IMG/VR virus record: IMGVR_UViG_3300020049_008034
Location: 13,549-77,548 of that record
Origin: a virus
Taxonomy: Duplodnaviria > Caudoviricetes
Length of the DNA: 64,000 bases
Reading direction: 5' to 3' (one strand)
The position numbers and the translations under genes were made by a program. The notes under the pieces were generated by a model. It was given only the letters and a program-made list of their open reading frames with translations. It was not told the DNA's origin and did no database searches. Shown here piece by piece: positions 17,591 through 27,842 of this stretch (the stretch's first letter is position 1; each line of letters opens with the position of its first letter).

Positions 17591-17913
17591 TCTCCTTGTT
17601 TGATAATAGGGGTTTCTCCGTCGTTAAAGTTAGACATAAAAACCTCGCCTTCATGTTGCTTAATAGTATGTGCAGTCCCAAGCATTCGATTGCTTAGGTA
17701 AATTTTTGCTTCATCGTCGAATTGTTCATCCGGGATTTTGTGGCAAATTTCGAATACTAATTCTCTCCAAGTCATTGTTAAAGATTTGGATGGGGAGATA
17801 TTAATATCTCCCCATCTTTGATTAAAACGGTAAATCGTCTTTCTTTTCAAACACATCAGTAGGCGGTGGGGGAGGAGTTGATTCTCCCTGTTCCTGCGGG
17901 ACATAGTCGTCAA
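17575..17913 (-). CDS. Hypothetical protein (true start likely downstream)
   Basis: ORF between coupled genes. Confidence 0.5.
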   Translation of the reverse strand: MTTMSRRNRENQLLPHRLLMCLKRKTIYRFNQRWGDINISPSKSLTMTWRELVFEICHKIPDEQFDDEAKIYLSNRMLGTAHTIKQHEGEVFMSNFNDGETPIIKQGEWTIE

Positions 17914-18649
17914 AGTCGCCGGCCCAATATTTGGGCAGCTCCTCGTTGAATCGATGCCATTGATTCATAGCTTCGTTGAAGATCTCGGGCTTGGTATCTT
18001 TTAACCAAACCAACTCTGGCACAGGGTAGGTGTTCTCCTTCCCTACCTTCTCGCTCTTAAAGGTGTTTGTTTGCCCTAAGTACTTGATGCCAACCCCCCC
18101 CAATTCATAGGCAGAAATCTGTTCAGCAATCTCTCCTTTACCTTCAGTGATTAGAGATAATTTGAGCTCTTCGACTTTCTTTTCGATGTTCTTATACCCC
18201 GTGTATTTGGAGTGGATCAGAACAATGCTCGGATCATCCGGGCCGTTCTTGCGGAATTTCCCGCTGTCTTCAATGTCGTAAGACAACATTTTTACGAGTG
18301 TGAAGTTTTTGAACTCAGAATCGGCGAAGTCTCGCTCGTTGCGAACTTTAAACCAATCGATGAGTCCAAAATCATTCACCATCTCCTTACCCTTGTATAG
18401 CTTGGTTCGGACTTTTTTGCCCCGAGTGAATACAGAGGCTCCGTATTCAGAACGAAATTCAAAAGGTTCTTTACCGCCTCCAATTCGGTAAACGTCGGAA
18501 CGGATGACAATTGCCCAGATATTTTTCACTTCCTTCCAAACATCTTTGGCTGAGTAGAAGAAACCTTTCTTGTCGCAGTTCCACGTAATTGTAGCGTCAA
18601 TTGGCAGGCCTTTACCAGACCCCGCTACTTTGCCATCAAATAATCCCAT
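17822..18649 (-). CDS. Putative ssDNA-binding protein
   Basis: Pro-rich linker and acidic DDLPF tail; adjacent to exonuclease. Confidence 0.55.
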   Translation of the reverse strand: MGLFDGKVAGSGKGLPIDATITWNCDKKGFFYSAKDVWKEVKNIWAIVIRSDVYRIGGGKEPFEFRSEYGASVFTRGKKVRTKLYKGKEMVNDFGLIDWFKVRNERDFADSEFKNFTLVKMLSYDIEDSGKFRKNGPDDPSIVLIHSKYTGYKNIEKKVEELKLSLITEGKGEIAEQISAYELGGVGIKYLGQTNTFKSEKVGKENTYPVPELVWLKDTKPEIFNEAMNQWHRFNEELPKYWAGDFDDYVPQEQGESTPPPPPTDVFEKKDDLPF

Positions 18650-18664
18650 TTTGTTACTGTTTTG

Positions 18665-19600
18665 TTATAATTGATAGTTGATAATGTGTTTTGAAGCATC
18701 AAACGCTCCTTCAAATTTCCCTTGAATAAAGGAAAACTTGGAACTTGGTTTGTCTAAATACCCCATAGTTTTAGCCTCAAGCATTTTCATTACGAAAAGA
18801 TTGATAGGACCGTTAGGGGAGATTAGATCTCGTGAGAATTTATTATTAGTTTGGTTTTTTAGTTCGTAGGTAGGAACGTCTCCTTTATAATTCGTAGGGG
18901 CAAAGTTGAAGAGATGAGTAATTGGCAACTCAGGAAAGTTCTCATTCCAACAAAACTTCTGGCCTTCCAATTGGAATTCATGGCCATTATGGAACTCCTT
19001 TTTCTTGGATGATCCTGGTTCAAGGATCATAGATTTGAAGTCCACTCCAGCTACCACTGGCTTGCCGTTAAACATAAGCTCACAAACCATATCTAACGTA
19101 GCAGCATAACCTAGCTGAGAACGTATAGGAAGTTCAATAGCGTAAATGTCAGTGACTTTTTCTTCCAAAAATTGAAAGAAACACGTCAAACCTTTTTTAA
19201 ACCCTTCGATCCACCTCGGAGCCATGTGAGCGTAATCGCCTAACATGTTTTCGAAGTTTGTTTTTCCTTTAGTAATACGGGAGAGCCAATCAAAATCGAA
19301 CCCGCCTTGTTTTACTTTCATGGAACAACAAGTGTGATACGCTGTTCCGTAGGCGGCGGCAGCATCCCGGATGGTTTCGGCTTGCTCCCCATGCTTCATG
19401 GCCCATTTGACAAACTCTATCCCCTTCGGAAGGAGTTTGTCACTCAAATTTGTTACGGAGCAATAATGACGCACTTCGTCGCCGATAAACTCGTAATAAA
19501 AACGACCCGCTCCGAGATCTTTACGGTAAAGCCGATAAGGTCTTCTTTTGTAGAAGAAATCCGGCTTTACTTCTTCGAATAGTTTTTTAATGTTTTTCAT
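18665..19600 (-). CDS. PD-(D/E)xK exonuclease-like protein
   Basis: SVT, GTAYH, ELPI, AATLD, VDFKS and FQLEG motifs. Confidence 0.75.
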   Translation of the reverse strand: MKNIKKLFEEVKPDFFYKRRPYRLYRKDLGAGRFYYEFIGDEVRHYCSVTNLSDKLLPKGIEFVKWAMKHGEQAETIRDAAAAYGTAYHTCCSMKVKQGGFDFDWLSRITKGKTNFENMLGDYAHMAPRWIEGFKKGLTCFFQFLEEKVTDIYAIELPIRSQLGYAATLDMVCELMFNGKPVVAGVDFKSMILEPGSSKKKEFHNGHEFQLEGQKFCWNENFPELPITHLFNFAPTNYKGDVPTYELKNQTNNKFSRDLISPNGPINLFVMKMLEAKTMGYLDKPSSKFSFIQGKFEGAFDASKHIINYQL

Positions 19601-19618
19601 TTACACTTTGTTACGATG

Positions 19619-19650
19619 CAAATGTAGCATTGTTATTTTTATTTTCCAAA
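19619..19650 (-). promoter_or_regulatory. Bacteroidota promoter for exonuclease/SSB/helicase operon
   Basis: On - strand TTTG, 20-nt spacer, TACATTTG. Confidence 0.8.
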
Positions 19651-19651
19651 T

Positions 19652-22600
19652 TTATTTCTTAAGAAATTGCGGTTCTTTTATCTCTCCAGTCTGGATTGCT
19701 TTGACCGTAACGGCGTCTAGTCGCAAATCCTTAAGTGCTTCATCTATTTTCTTTTTGTCGACTCCTGGGAACTCGATAGCTGCCATATATATTTCATGGA
19801 AATCCATGACAAACTTAGAGTAGTCCTTCATTTCTCTTTCTTTTACTTTAGCAAGGTGTTCTTTACGGTCCTTTTCGGGTAAGGCTTTGACCTGCTCTTT
19901 ATTTTTCTCCACCCCGTAATCTGCCTTTGAATCATTTATTTTATCGGCCATATTCCGACCCAGAAATCCAAACGACCGATGAATGTCCACGTTATAAGAT
20001 CTAAATCCAGGGAATATCGCAATACCCTCTTGTATTGGGTTTAATTTTCCGTAATAATCGGTTTCTGGTTCATTAAAAGACCTAAATACTCTCTCGAACG
20101 ACTTCAGTGTGCCGGGAGTGAGCTTCTTCCCTACATGCTCCATCCGGGCTTTTAGCCAGTCTGTTTCACCGACTTGAGAAATTGGTCGCCCTGTTTTACC
20201 TAACTGCTGGCCATAGGTGGCTTCCAGCAACGATTTCATTAAAGGGTCGATAGTGTAAAATGGCTCAAAGAATTTCTCTGCTGCCCGACCCGCGTTTTCA
20301 GCAGGAGAGAAGCGCTCATCAGAAACCGTTGAAAGAGTAGATAAAATGTGCCCTTGAGGGAACATATAACCCCAGTCATAATAGTCAACAGAGCCTTTCT
20401 TTTCGTTCCATGGTGATGGGATTAAAAGAGATCCTTCATGGTAAAAAGGAACGAAATATTTTAGTTTTTCATCGTCATCGTCAGCCCAGCCGAGCATATT
20501 TGTAATTAGCTCTTTTAAGAGAAATGGAGCAATGGACACAGCCATTGTGCCAGCCATCACCTTACCTAGCATCAAGTTCTTATAAGACATGTCCACCCCG
20601 GCTACCTTTACTTTCGTATCTTGGCCCATCTTCATATCCTGGACTAAATTAGCCATGATATTATAAGACACTCTAACCATCTCGTAAGGGAAGGATGGGA
20701 ACGGAGCTACAAAAGGGTTGCGGCGGAGAGCCTTGATGTTCCTTGGGAGCCGAGAATAGGTTGGGTTTTCGCTTGAAACGCGCTCAGCGGCCAATTGTTT
20801 GACTTCTTGTTGCACATCTGGGCTTAAGGTGTCGTATTCAGCACCCTTGTAAAGCCGAGCCATCTTGTCTAGGTTCCGATAGTAGTCGATAGCCCGATAA
20901 AACTCATCGCCGAATTGGTAGATGTGAGACATAAACTGAGTTACCATTCGCCCCTTTTCGGCCAGCTTGCCTTGGGTGGTATTGTCGACTCCTGCGAACT
21001 TTCTAGCATACTGTTTTCTAACGTCAGCGATTTCTCCGAAAGTAATCCCATCTCCCAAAACCCCGAGTGAATACATTTCAACCAATTCGGCCTCATTATT
21101 GCCCTTAAATAAATCAAATGCCTTTTTTATATTAGGGTCGGCTACATTAAACAAACCTTTTTGGGCTTGTAGTAATAAGTTTGAAGTAAAGTTTCTTGCG
21201 GCAGACGCAATAGAAAAAATAGTCATGAATGACTTTGCCCGAGACGTTATTCCGAGCATTGATTTGTAAACCAAGCCCATAACATCTCCTTCCTCGGTCA
21301 TGTCGCCGATAGGTTTATTGTAAAGTCTAAAAGCCTCTACGATCTCAGGAGTAGAATAATATCCAGCCAATGGCCCCATTTGGGGAGTGTCAGGGAATTG
21401 TGTGGTGTAAGCCCCGGTTGGGCGTTCAAACAAAAACTTATCCCGCCCTTCGTCTTCGACCTTAGATAAGAACTTATTATTCTCTAAAATATGTGCTGTT
21501 TTAAAAATAGAAGTCATGTAGTTTACAATGGGGTCTTTGACCTCGCCAAAAACATCACGGATTTCTTCGGCGATTTCTTTTCGCTTTTTAAATACCCCTA
21601 AATTCATAGAGCCCAACGACCCGCTCTTGGCTACGTCACCCAAAGAAAGTCCCTTGGCTTGTTTTTCCAAAATTGCATCAAGCTCAGCTTCTACGTCTCT
21701 ACCGATACGTTTTTTCTGATTTTCAATTCTTTTCCCCCAATATTCAGGGTTATTAGGAAGTTTTGCTTGGTATTTTGCAATTTTAGCCTGAGCGTCAACT
21801 TCTTCTTGGGCGAACTTTTTATCAAGAAAAGCCTTGGCCCGAGTGTAAACAGCGGTGTCCTTCACGTTCTTAACCCAGTTCTTATTGAAGTGAATCTGAT
21901 AAGAACGGGTCAGGTAAGTATCAAGGTTTTTGGAGATAATCGCGGCGAGGTTTCCGTCAGCAATTCCTGTGTTAATTAACTCAGAAGACATTGAGGTTAC
22001 GTGTTCGCGCATCTTACCAATTAGATCCAAAACTTCAGGCTCAATTGGCCGACCATCGGAATAAGTAGTGGCAGTTGACTGTAAGGCGTAGTTTAAATCC
22101 TCAATCTGCTGAGGTGTTTTGCCTTTAATCAGCTTTTTGAGTTTATTAGCCGTCAGCTCAGATTGCTTCATCATCCCCTCGATCCGAGCTATTCTACGAT
22201 AGTTGAGTTGAGCAACATCTAATGGAAGATCACCACGACCAAAGAAGGTGTACTTCCATGCTTTTTTTAACCAACTCATTGCCCCTGATTTCGCTATTAC
22301 TCCCCATACTTTGTCAGTGATGAAGCCCGGCTGAGCAGCAAAACTATTTACTTCTTCGATCAGAGGGAGAATGTTGGGTTTTGGACGATTTGGATTATTC
22401 GGGTTTGCTTCGGCAGGTTGTTGAGATGTCGCACTTATATCTGGTGTTGCGTACTTCGCTCTAACTTCCTTTTGTCTCCTATCAAATTCAGCAAAATCCT
22501 CTTCAGTTACCTCGTCTTTACCTAACGCAGCAGCAACACGTCCTTCGGGGTCTACTCCTGAAACTCTACTTAAAAACGGAAGATCTTCTTCTGATACTCC

Positions 22601-25570
22601 TCTAGCTTTTAATTCGTCATAAACCTTTTGCTGATCTGCATAATTATCTCCGCCTTCTTCGTTTTCCATCCGGGCTTCAGCTCCAGCGGATGCCTCCTCC
22701 ATGTCGGTTAGCGTGTCGGCCAGAGATAGGGTATCGGCGTTTTTCGTCCAGTCTTGATTACCCAAGCTAACCTCTTGAGGTTTTTCGGCGGAGGCACTCT
22801 CATCTGCCTGAATTTCAATCACATTCTCATATGGATCAGCAGCAACCTCCTCCAATGATCTTGAGTTGACAAACCCGACGGACGTCGGAGAGGTTATAGC
22901 TCTAGGTACTGGAGATGTTGGATATTTTTTCTCCAAACTAGATAAACTTGCGCTAGAATCTGTATCCGGCAAATTCACGGCTGTTTCAGCATAACCAGTG
23001 TCGGTTGATCTTTTATCTGAAAATTCAACTCTGGTGGGGATGGACTTTACGCCCAACTTCTTTGCCGCAGCTACTCTATGGTTCCCTTCGGTAATGACGG
23101 CTTTCTTGTCTTTAAATACAGTTAGTACAATTGGCTCTTTAATACCGCCGTCTTTAGTGATCTGATCCGCTAATTCGTCTACGTTTCCAGATGTTTTAGG
23201 GTCGACAGCCCTGTCTACTTCCACAAATTGAGATATGTCGTCAACCGGAACATATTCAGGCTTACTGGATGGTCTCGTTATTTCTTTGTCTGCCAATATG
23301 GTTTCCGCGATACTCTTGCTGGCCGCAACAGATTCTTCGTATGTTCTTGGCGTAATCTCTTGAGGAGTTTCGGTCGGCAAGCTTCCATCTTGATTAACGG
23401 GTTCTTGCGCAGTCGCTTCTACTATTATTTCGGCGGGTAAATTTTCACCAGTTACAACATATTGATTAATAGGCTCTTGCGCAGATGTTTCTTGAGGGAC
23501 TTCGGCGGATTCAGCAACAACTTCATCTGAAATCTCCTTCTCATTCTCCTTAAAAATCTCCACCTCCTTCGCCTCGGCTTGTTCTTTAAAAACCTTAGCC
23601 TGAGCGTCAGCACCAATGGCTTTGGCTTTTTCAGCTTTGTCTTTTAGATCGGTGAGCTCGTCGAGTTTTGGAATGTCTTCTTCCTTGACCTCTTTTATCT
23701 CGCTTAGCCCTTTAATTTTTAGGGCTTTGTTGTACATTTTTTCAACGTCAACTTTTTTGCCATTAGCCACCTCGGCCTGCAAGGCTTTTTTGAACTCTTC
23801 AGGATTTTCAGCAGCCACCAGCCAAGCTGAATTCTTAAAATCACTCTCTCCTGCCCCCATTAACGCCCCAACAGCAAATGAAATTAACGCTGTCCCTTTC
23901 ATCTCATTTAGATCGATGTCTTCAGCGTCGCCATTTAAAACCATGGCAGTAGCTCCTTCGATTGCTTTTTCAAGAATTGTTTCTTCAAACATCTCGCCTG
24001 ACCCTTGTTTGAAAAAATTGGTAGCAGTTCTAGCGGCAGCGGCCTTTGGCGTAAGACCTTTTACGGCTTGGGTCATCGTGATGTTATCAAACACTCCCGG
24101 TCCTCCGGCGAGTCTTGCTTCAACTCCAAAAAGATTAGACCCCACCCCAATTGCTAGGCCGGTCATGGTAGCGTACTGAGCTGCCTTTCTCTTATCGCCA
24201 TCAAACATCTTAAGACCTTGATCATATAAACCTCCAGCCATTTGACCCATCGTTGAAGCAGTGACCCCTGTGGCATAGGCAGCTTTCGCCCCCATACCTG
24301 TCTTAACTAAACTCCCACCTATGCCTTTTGTGGTGGCAATTTGCACCATGGCATCGGCTAAAACCTCTCCGGTTTGATAAAACAAACCTTTGCCGTTGTA
24401 TTGGTTTTTAGCTTCTAGTCCTTTAAATTGATTAGGATCGGCGTCAATAACAGAACCTTTACTATCTCTGACGACCGTGGGTTTGCCGTCTTGGAAATCT
24501 ACTTCGACTTTTTCTCCGTTTAGAGTCGTCTTCGCGGTTTTAGTATAAAGGGGGCGAGTGTATTTAGTGGGCCGTGGAGCAACTTTGGCGGTTTGATCTT
24601 GGAAGTCGATAAAGAAATCTTCGATCTTATCCCAAGTCCCGTAGGTTTTATCTTCGGTTACAAGATTTTCTCCAATATTCATTACCTCTCCGATAGACCC
24701 AACCAGCTTGCCGGTTGCTCTTTGTAGGATTCCCAAAGTCAGATTACCCCAGCCTTCTGTTTCTGATTTCTTCTGCCTGTCAGCGTCGTATTTTTCTAAT
24801 GCCCGAGCGTAGGCGTACTTGTCGTCTTTTAAGATCTGAGCGCCTGACTTCTGATTAGCCTCAAGTGCAGTGATAAACTTGTTTCGGTCGTTAATAAATT
24901 CGTCTTTCTCAAACTCCTCTTGGCGCTTGATGATCTCGTTCTTGTCGTACTTGTAATTTGGGTCTTCTAGGGCTTGTTGACGAGCGTAATATTCTTCCAT
25001 CCAATTATCCCCCCACTTTTCTTTAATACGCGCCTCAGCAGCTTCTACAGCTCTCTGGAGATTCCCTGAGTCAGACTGAAGAGTATTCAACCGGGCTTCA
25101 TATTCTTTTTCTGGAGCTATAATTGATCCTTGGACTTGTTGTTTAGTATAGTCGTCAAGATCAGCAGCTTTTTCAAAGTTAGGTCTTTGGCGGGCTTTTT
25201 GCAAAGCAAGTTCTTGTTCTGCTCGTTTAGATCCAGCAATAGCTTCCGGCGTCAGTGGTCCGGATGAACCAGTAAGTGATGTCCTTGTGGAAGGAGAAGC
25301 AAGTTTAGGTGTGCCAGAATCCCATGAATAGCTTGCGCCAGAACCCGATATTTGGCTGTTTGACTGCGCTTTTTTTTTACTTAAATCCTCGAACTTGGCA
25401 TGAAAGCGAGTCAAGAATTCATCCGGATTGAGGTCCGAATAAGAGTCTTTACGCAGCATCTCCATCGTTTTGAGATACTGCCCATTGTCGATATATTTTG
25501 CTTGAATTTCTGCGTCGGTTAACTTTGGATTATAGTTGCGTGCGAATCCAAAAATTGGATGTTCTTCCAT
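19652..25570 (-). CDS. Large virion ejection/cargo protein (1972 aa) with internal ParB/Srx-like domain
   Basis: Position in ejection cluster, Gly/Ala-rich helical segments, EPIVL...ITEGNHRVAAAKKLG, LPD38-like C-terminus. Confidence 0.7.
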   Translation of the reverse strand: MEEHPIFGFARNYNPKLTDAEIQAKYIDNGQYLKTMEMLRKDSYSDLNPDEFLTRFHAKFEDLSKKKAQSNSQISGSGASYSWDSGTPKLASPSTRTSLTGSSGPLTPEAIAGSKRAEQELALQKARQRPNFEKAADLDDYTKQQVQGSIIAPEKEYEARLNTLQSDSGNLQRAVEAAEARIKEKWGDNWMEEYYARQQALEDPNYKYDKNEIIKRQEEFEKDEFINDRNKFITALEANQKSGAQILKDDKYAYARALEKYDADRQKKSETEGWGNLTLGILQRATGKLVGSIGEVMNIGENLVTEDKTYGTWDKIEDFFIDFQDQTAKVAPRPTKYTRPLYTKTAKTTLNGEKVEVDFQDGKPTVVRDSKGSVIDADPNQFKGLEAKNQYNGKGLFYQTGEVLADAMVQIATTKGIGGSLVKTGMGAKAAYATGVTASTMGQMAGGLYDQGLKMFDGDKRKAAQYATMTGLAIGVGSNLFGVEARLAGGPGVFDNITMTQAVKGLTPKAAAARTATNFFKQGSGEMFEETILEKAIEGATAMVLNGDAEDIDLNEMKGTALISFAVGALMGAGESDFKNSAWLVAAENPEEFKKALQAEVANGKKVDVEKMYNKALKIKGLSEIKEVKEEDIPKLDELTDLKDKAEKAKAIGADAQAKVFKEQAEAKEVEIFKENEKEISDEVVAESAEVPQETSAQEPINQYVVTGENLPAEIIVEATAQEPVNQDGSLPTETPQEITPRTYEESVAASKSIAETILADKEITRPSSKPEYVPVDDISQFVEVDRAVDPKTSGNVDELADQITKDGGIKEPIVLTVFKDKKAVITEGNHRVAAAKKLGVKSIPTRVEFSDKRSTDTGYAETAVNLPDTDSSASLSSLEKKYPTSPVPRAITSPTSVGFVNSRSLEEVAADPYENVIEIQADESASAEKPQEVSLGNQDWTKNADTLSLADTLTDMEEASAGAEARMENEEGGDNYADQQKVYDELKARGVSEEDLPFLSRVSGVDPEGRVAAALGKDEVTEEDFAEFDRRQKEVRAKYATPDISATSQQPAEANPNNPNRPKPNILPLIEEVNSFAAQPGFITDKVWGVIAKSGAMSWLKKAWKYTFFGRGDLPLDVAQLNYRRIARIEGMMKQSELTANKLKKLIKGKTPQQIEDLNYALQSTATTYSDGRPIEPEVLDLIGKMREHVTSMSSELINTGIADGNLAAIISKNLDTYLTRSYQIHFNKNWVKNVKDTAVYTRAKAFLDKKFAQEEVDAQAKIAKYQAKLPNNPEYWGKRIENQKKRIGRDVEAELDAILEKQAKGLSLGDVAKSGSLGSMNLGVFKKRKEIAEEIRDVFGEVKDPIVNYMTSIFKTAHILENNKFLSKVEDEGRDKFLFERPTGAYTTQFPDTPQMGPLAGYYSTPEIVEAFRLYNKPIGDMTEEGDVMGLVYKSMLGITSRAKSFMTIFSIASAARNFTSNLLLQAQKGLFNVADPNIKKAFDLFKGNNEAELVEMYSLGVLGDGITFGEIADVRKQYARKFAGVDNTTQGKLAEKGRMVTQFMSHIYQFGDEFYRAIDYYRNLDKMARLYKGAEYDTLSPDVQQEVKQLAAERVSSENPTYSRLPRNIKALRRNPFVAPFPSFPYEMVRVSYNIMANLVQDMKMGQDTKVKVAGVDMSYKNLMLGKVMAGTMAVSIAPFLLKELITNMLGWADDDDEKLKYFVPFYHEGSLLIPSPWNEKKGSVDYYDWGYMFPQGHILSTLSTVSDERFSPAENAGRAAEKFFEPFYTIDPLMKSLLEATYGQQLGKTGRPISQVGETDWLKARMEHVGKKLTPGTLKSFERVFRSFNEPETDYYGKLNPIQEGIAIFPGFRSYNVDIHRSFGFLGRNMADKINDSKADYGVEKNKEQVKALPEKDRKEHLAKVKEREMKDYSKFVMDFHEIYMAAIEFPGVDKKKIDEALKDLRLDAVTVKAIQTGEIKEPQFLKK

Positions 25571-25572
25571 GG

Positions 25573-27255
25573 TTAAATTTTAGGGGCTCCAGCCCAGCCA
25601 CTTTTTTGAGTAGGGTTGAAATAGTTTTCGATTTCGGCTTTCTGCATTGACTTACCGACAGCTTCAAACGGCTCTTTGGTTTGCTTGATGGTCTGGCCGT
25701 GAATTCTTTTTAAGATTTGCTCGTTTTCAGGAGTGATAGGGACTTTTAAGACAGTTCCGAATTTTGACTCGTTGCGGTAGTAGTCAACCAAGTTAGAGTA
25801 AGCTTTCCCCTCGGAGGAGTTATCCCCACCCTTTTTAATCTCGGTGTACATTTTCTCCCGAGCATTCTCCATTTCGGCCTGATTCCGGAAAACGATCTGA
25901 AGCACTTTGACTTTTTTGTCCGGCTTGCCCATAGTGTATTGGTCGTAAGCCCGTTTACCTTTTTCGTTTATGTTGTAGTCCTCGGAAACAAACGCTGAGG
26001 CAACTTGAGACTTATCAACTCCCAATCCCTGAACCAGCCAGTTTGCCGCTTCGGTAGATGTTGCCTTATCCTTAGATGTTAGGTTTATCCGCCACTTATC
26101 ATAGTTAGCCCGGGCTTCGGAATCTGAAAGATTCCCTGACCCCGCCCGGCTTAATCCGTATTCTGATTTAGTTGCAATATTGTCTTTAATTTGTTTTGAC
26201 ATCGCAACAATTGCTTTTTTCTTTCTCTCTTCTAACGGAAGGTTAGGATCAACACCCAAGGCTTCCATGTACTGAGGTTCATTGAGAGCCCATGCGTTTT
26301 TAGCAAAATAAGAAGTTGCTTGTTGTGTTGGGTATGCTGAGTTCTTAAGGAAGCTCTTAGAAGATGATATAGTGACTTGTGAGCGATCTTCAACCGACGA
26401 CTCGCTAGTTGATAGCTCTGCCTTGTTTGCGATTGCTAGTGCGTCCGCAGCGATGTCTAGTGGAGGCTTTTTGTATCGGCTTTTTAATTGGTCGTTGGCG
26501 TATGCTAACCAACCTTGCCCATTGAACCCGGGAGTGTTTTGAGCTTCTGAAATGTAAGCGTTCTGAGTTTCCTGATCCAGAGAAGAAAACATTTGCTTGG
26601 CAGCTACTACATTCTTCCCCGCTTCCGGTGTCGAGAAATAAGATACAGAATAATTGTTAAAATCACGATCTGTTAGTACGTTGTCTCCGGCTGCTTTCTC
26701 CAAATTGCCCAACCCATTCACCATATAATCTTGATGGATGGTGGAAGGATTTTTGAATTCAGCTTGCGGGAAGTCAAATTTTCCGGTGGCGATTACATCA
26801 ACCGGGTTGTTGGCGGCGAAATTTCTTACCTTTTCTTTGTACTCGTCAGTATACTCATCCCCACGGGAGTTGATATCCCCCATGGCTTTATCCCATAATG
26901 CTTTAGCTTGTTTGATATTCTCGTTGGCTGCCTTGATCCTAGACCCTTCGATCTGCCACTGAATTGCTTCATCGTCGTATCTCTTAAATGGGTTGCCTTT
27001 GGGCATCATCTCAGCGCCTTTGTTGACCCAGTTTTCCCATGTCTTTTGCTGCGCCCCGGAATAAAAGTGCCAAACTTCTTCGGGTTTAACATCCATCATG
27101 CCTTTCGACAGATCGGCAGCATCCTTGGCTTTGTCATTGGCTTTTTTAGCCGCATACCCTTCGTAAGACGCCAAAGCGCGGCTAGGGCCAAGAACTGTTG
27201 CCAGTTGATTGCCCTGTTGCCCGGTATAAACTTGTCCTAAATTTGATCCAATCAT
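25573..27255 (-). CDS. Putative ejection/cargo protein
   Basis: Helical, Ala/Lys-rich, between cargo-type genes. Confidence 0.55.
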   Translation of the reverse strand: MIGSNLGQVYTGQQGNQLATVLGPSRALASYEGYAAKKANDKAKDAADLSKGMMDVKPEEVWHFYSGAQQKTWENWVNKGAEMMPKGNPFKRYDDEAIQWQIEGSRIKAANENIKQAKALWDKAMGDINSRGDEYTDEYKEKVRNFAANNPVDVIATGKFDFPQAEFKNPSTIHQDYMVNGLGNLEKAAGDNVLTDRDFNNYSVSYFSTPEAGKNVVAAKQMFSSLDQETQNAYISEAQNTPGFNGQGWLAYANDQLKSRYKKPPLDIAADALAIANKAELSTSESSVEDRSQVTISSSKSFLKNSAYPTQQATSYFAKNAWALNEPQYMEALGVDPNLPLEERKKKAIVAMSKQIKDNIATKSEYGLSRAGSGNLSDSEARANYDKWRINLTSKDKATSTEAANWLVQGLGVDKSQVASAFVSEDYNINEKGKRAYDQYTMGKPDKKVKVLQIVFRNQAEMENAREKMYTEIKKGGDNSSEGKAYSNLVDYYRNESKFGTVLKVPITPENEQILKRIHGQTIKQTKEPFEAVGKSMQKAEIENYFNPTQKSGWAGAPKI

Positions 27256-27842
27256 ATTAGTGAAAACTTCAATACTTCCATGAGTTTGGACATATCAAGT
27301 GGTTTTTGACCACCTGTCTGCCCTCCGTACATCTTTTTAATCATATCCATCTGTGCATACATGTCGCCAGCTCCGAAAAGATTCTCAAGCCCACCTCCAA
27401 CCAGGTTTTTGGATTGTTGAGATTTATCGGCATACGGAGCAAATTGATTCATCTGGAACTGAAGGTCTTGAGCTTGTTGCAGTTTCCCAAGCTCCCCTTG
27501 AAGAGAAGCGTAATCTTGCTGTTGAGACTGTTGGTTATACATCTCAAGATCCCGCATGGTTTTCTGTTGAGCGCCAGCCAGTGATTGAATAGACTCTTGG
27601 GGGTTGCCTTGCTGTTGGGATGCTGCCAATTGGTTACTCAAGGTAAGATCAGCTTGCATTTTAGCCTGTCCATATCCCGGAGCATTAGGATCAGCTACGT
27701 TGACACGCGCCAGCGCCAAAGACTCTCGGAGAGCTGGCGGGATTGGGTAGTCTGGTCGATCTCCTTTGGATAATAATCCGCCTATCATTTGTGCGCCGCC
27801 AAGAATTCCTTGGCCTAACGCCAACATTGTCATTGGGTCCAT
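27252..27842 (-). CDS. Small ejection/pilot protein
   Basis: Gly-rich hydrophobic N-terminus (LGQGILGGAQMIGGLL) followed by Gln-rich region. Confidence 0.65.
   Translation of the reverse strand: MDPMTMLALGQGILGGAQMIGGLLSKGDRPDYPIPPALRESLALARVNVADPNAPGYGQAKMQADLTLSNQLAASQQQGNPQESIQSLAGAQQKTMRDLEMYNQQSQQQDYASLQGELGKLQQAQDLQFQMNQFAPYADKSQQSKNLVGGGLENLFGAGDMYAQMDMIKKMYGGQTGGQKPLDMSKLMEVLKFSLI

Noticed and set aside
19652-25570. Virion RNA polymerase as in crAss phages
   Set aside because: No DxDxD (DFDID) catalytic motif seen in the translation.
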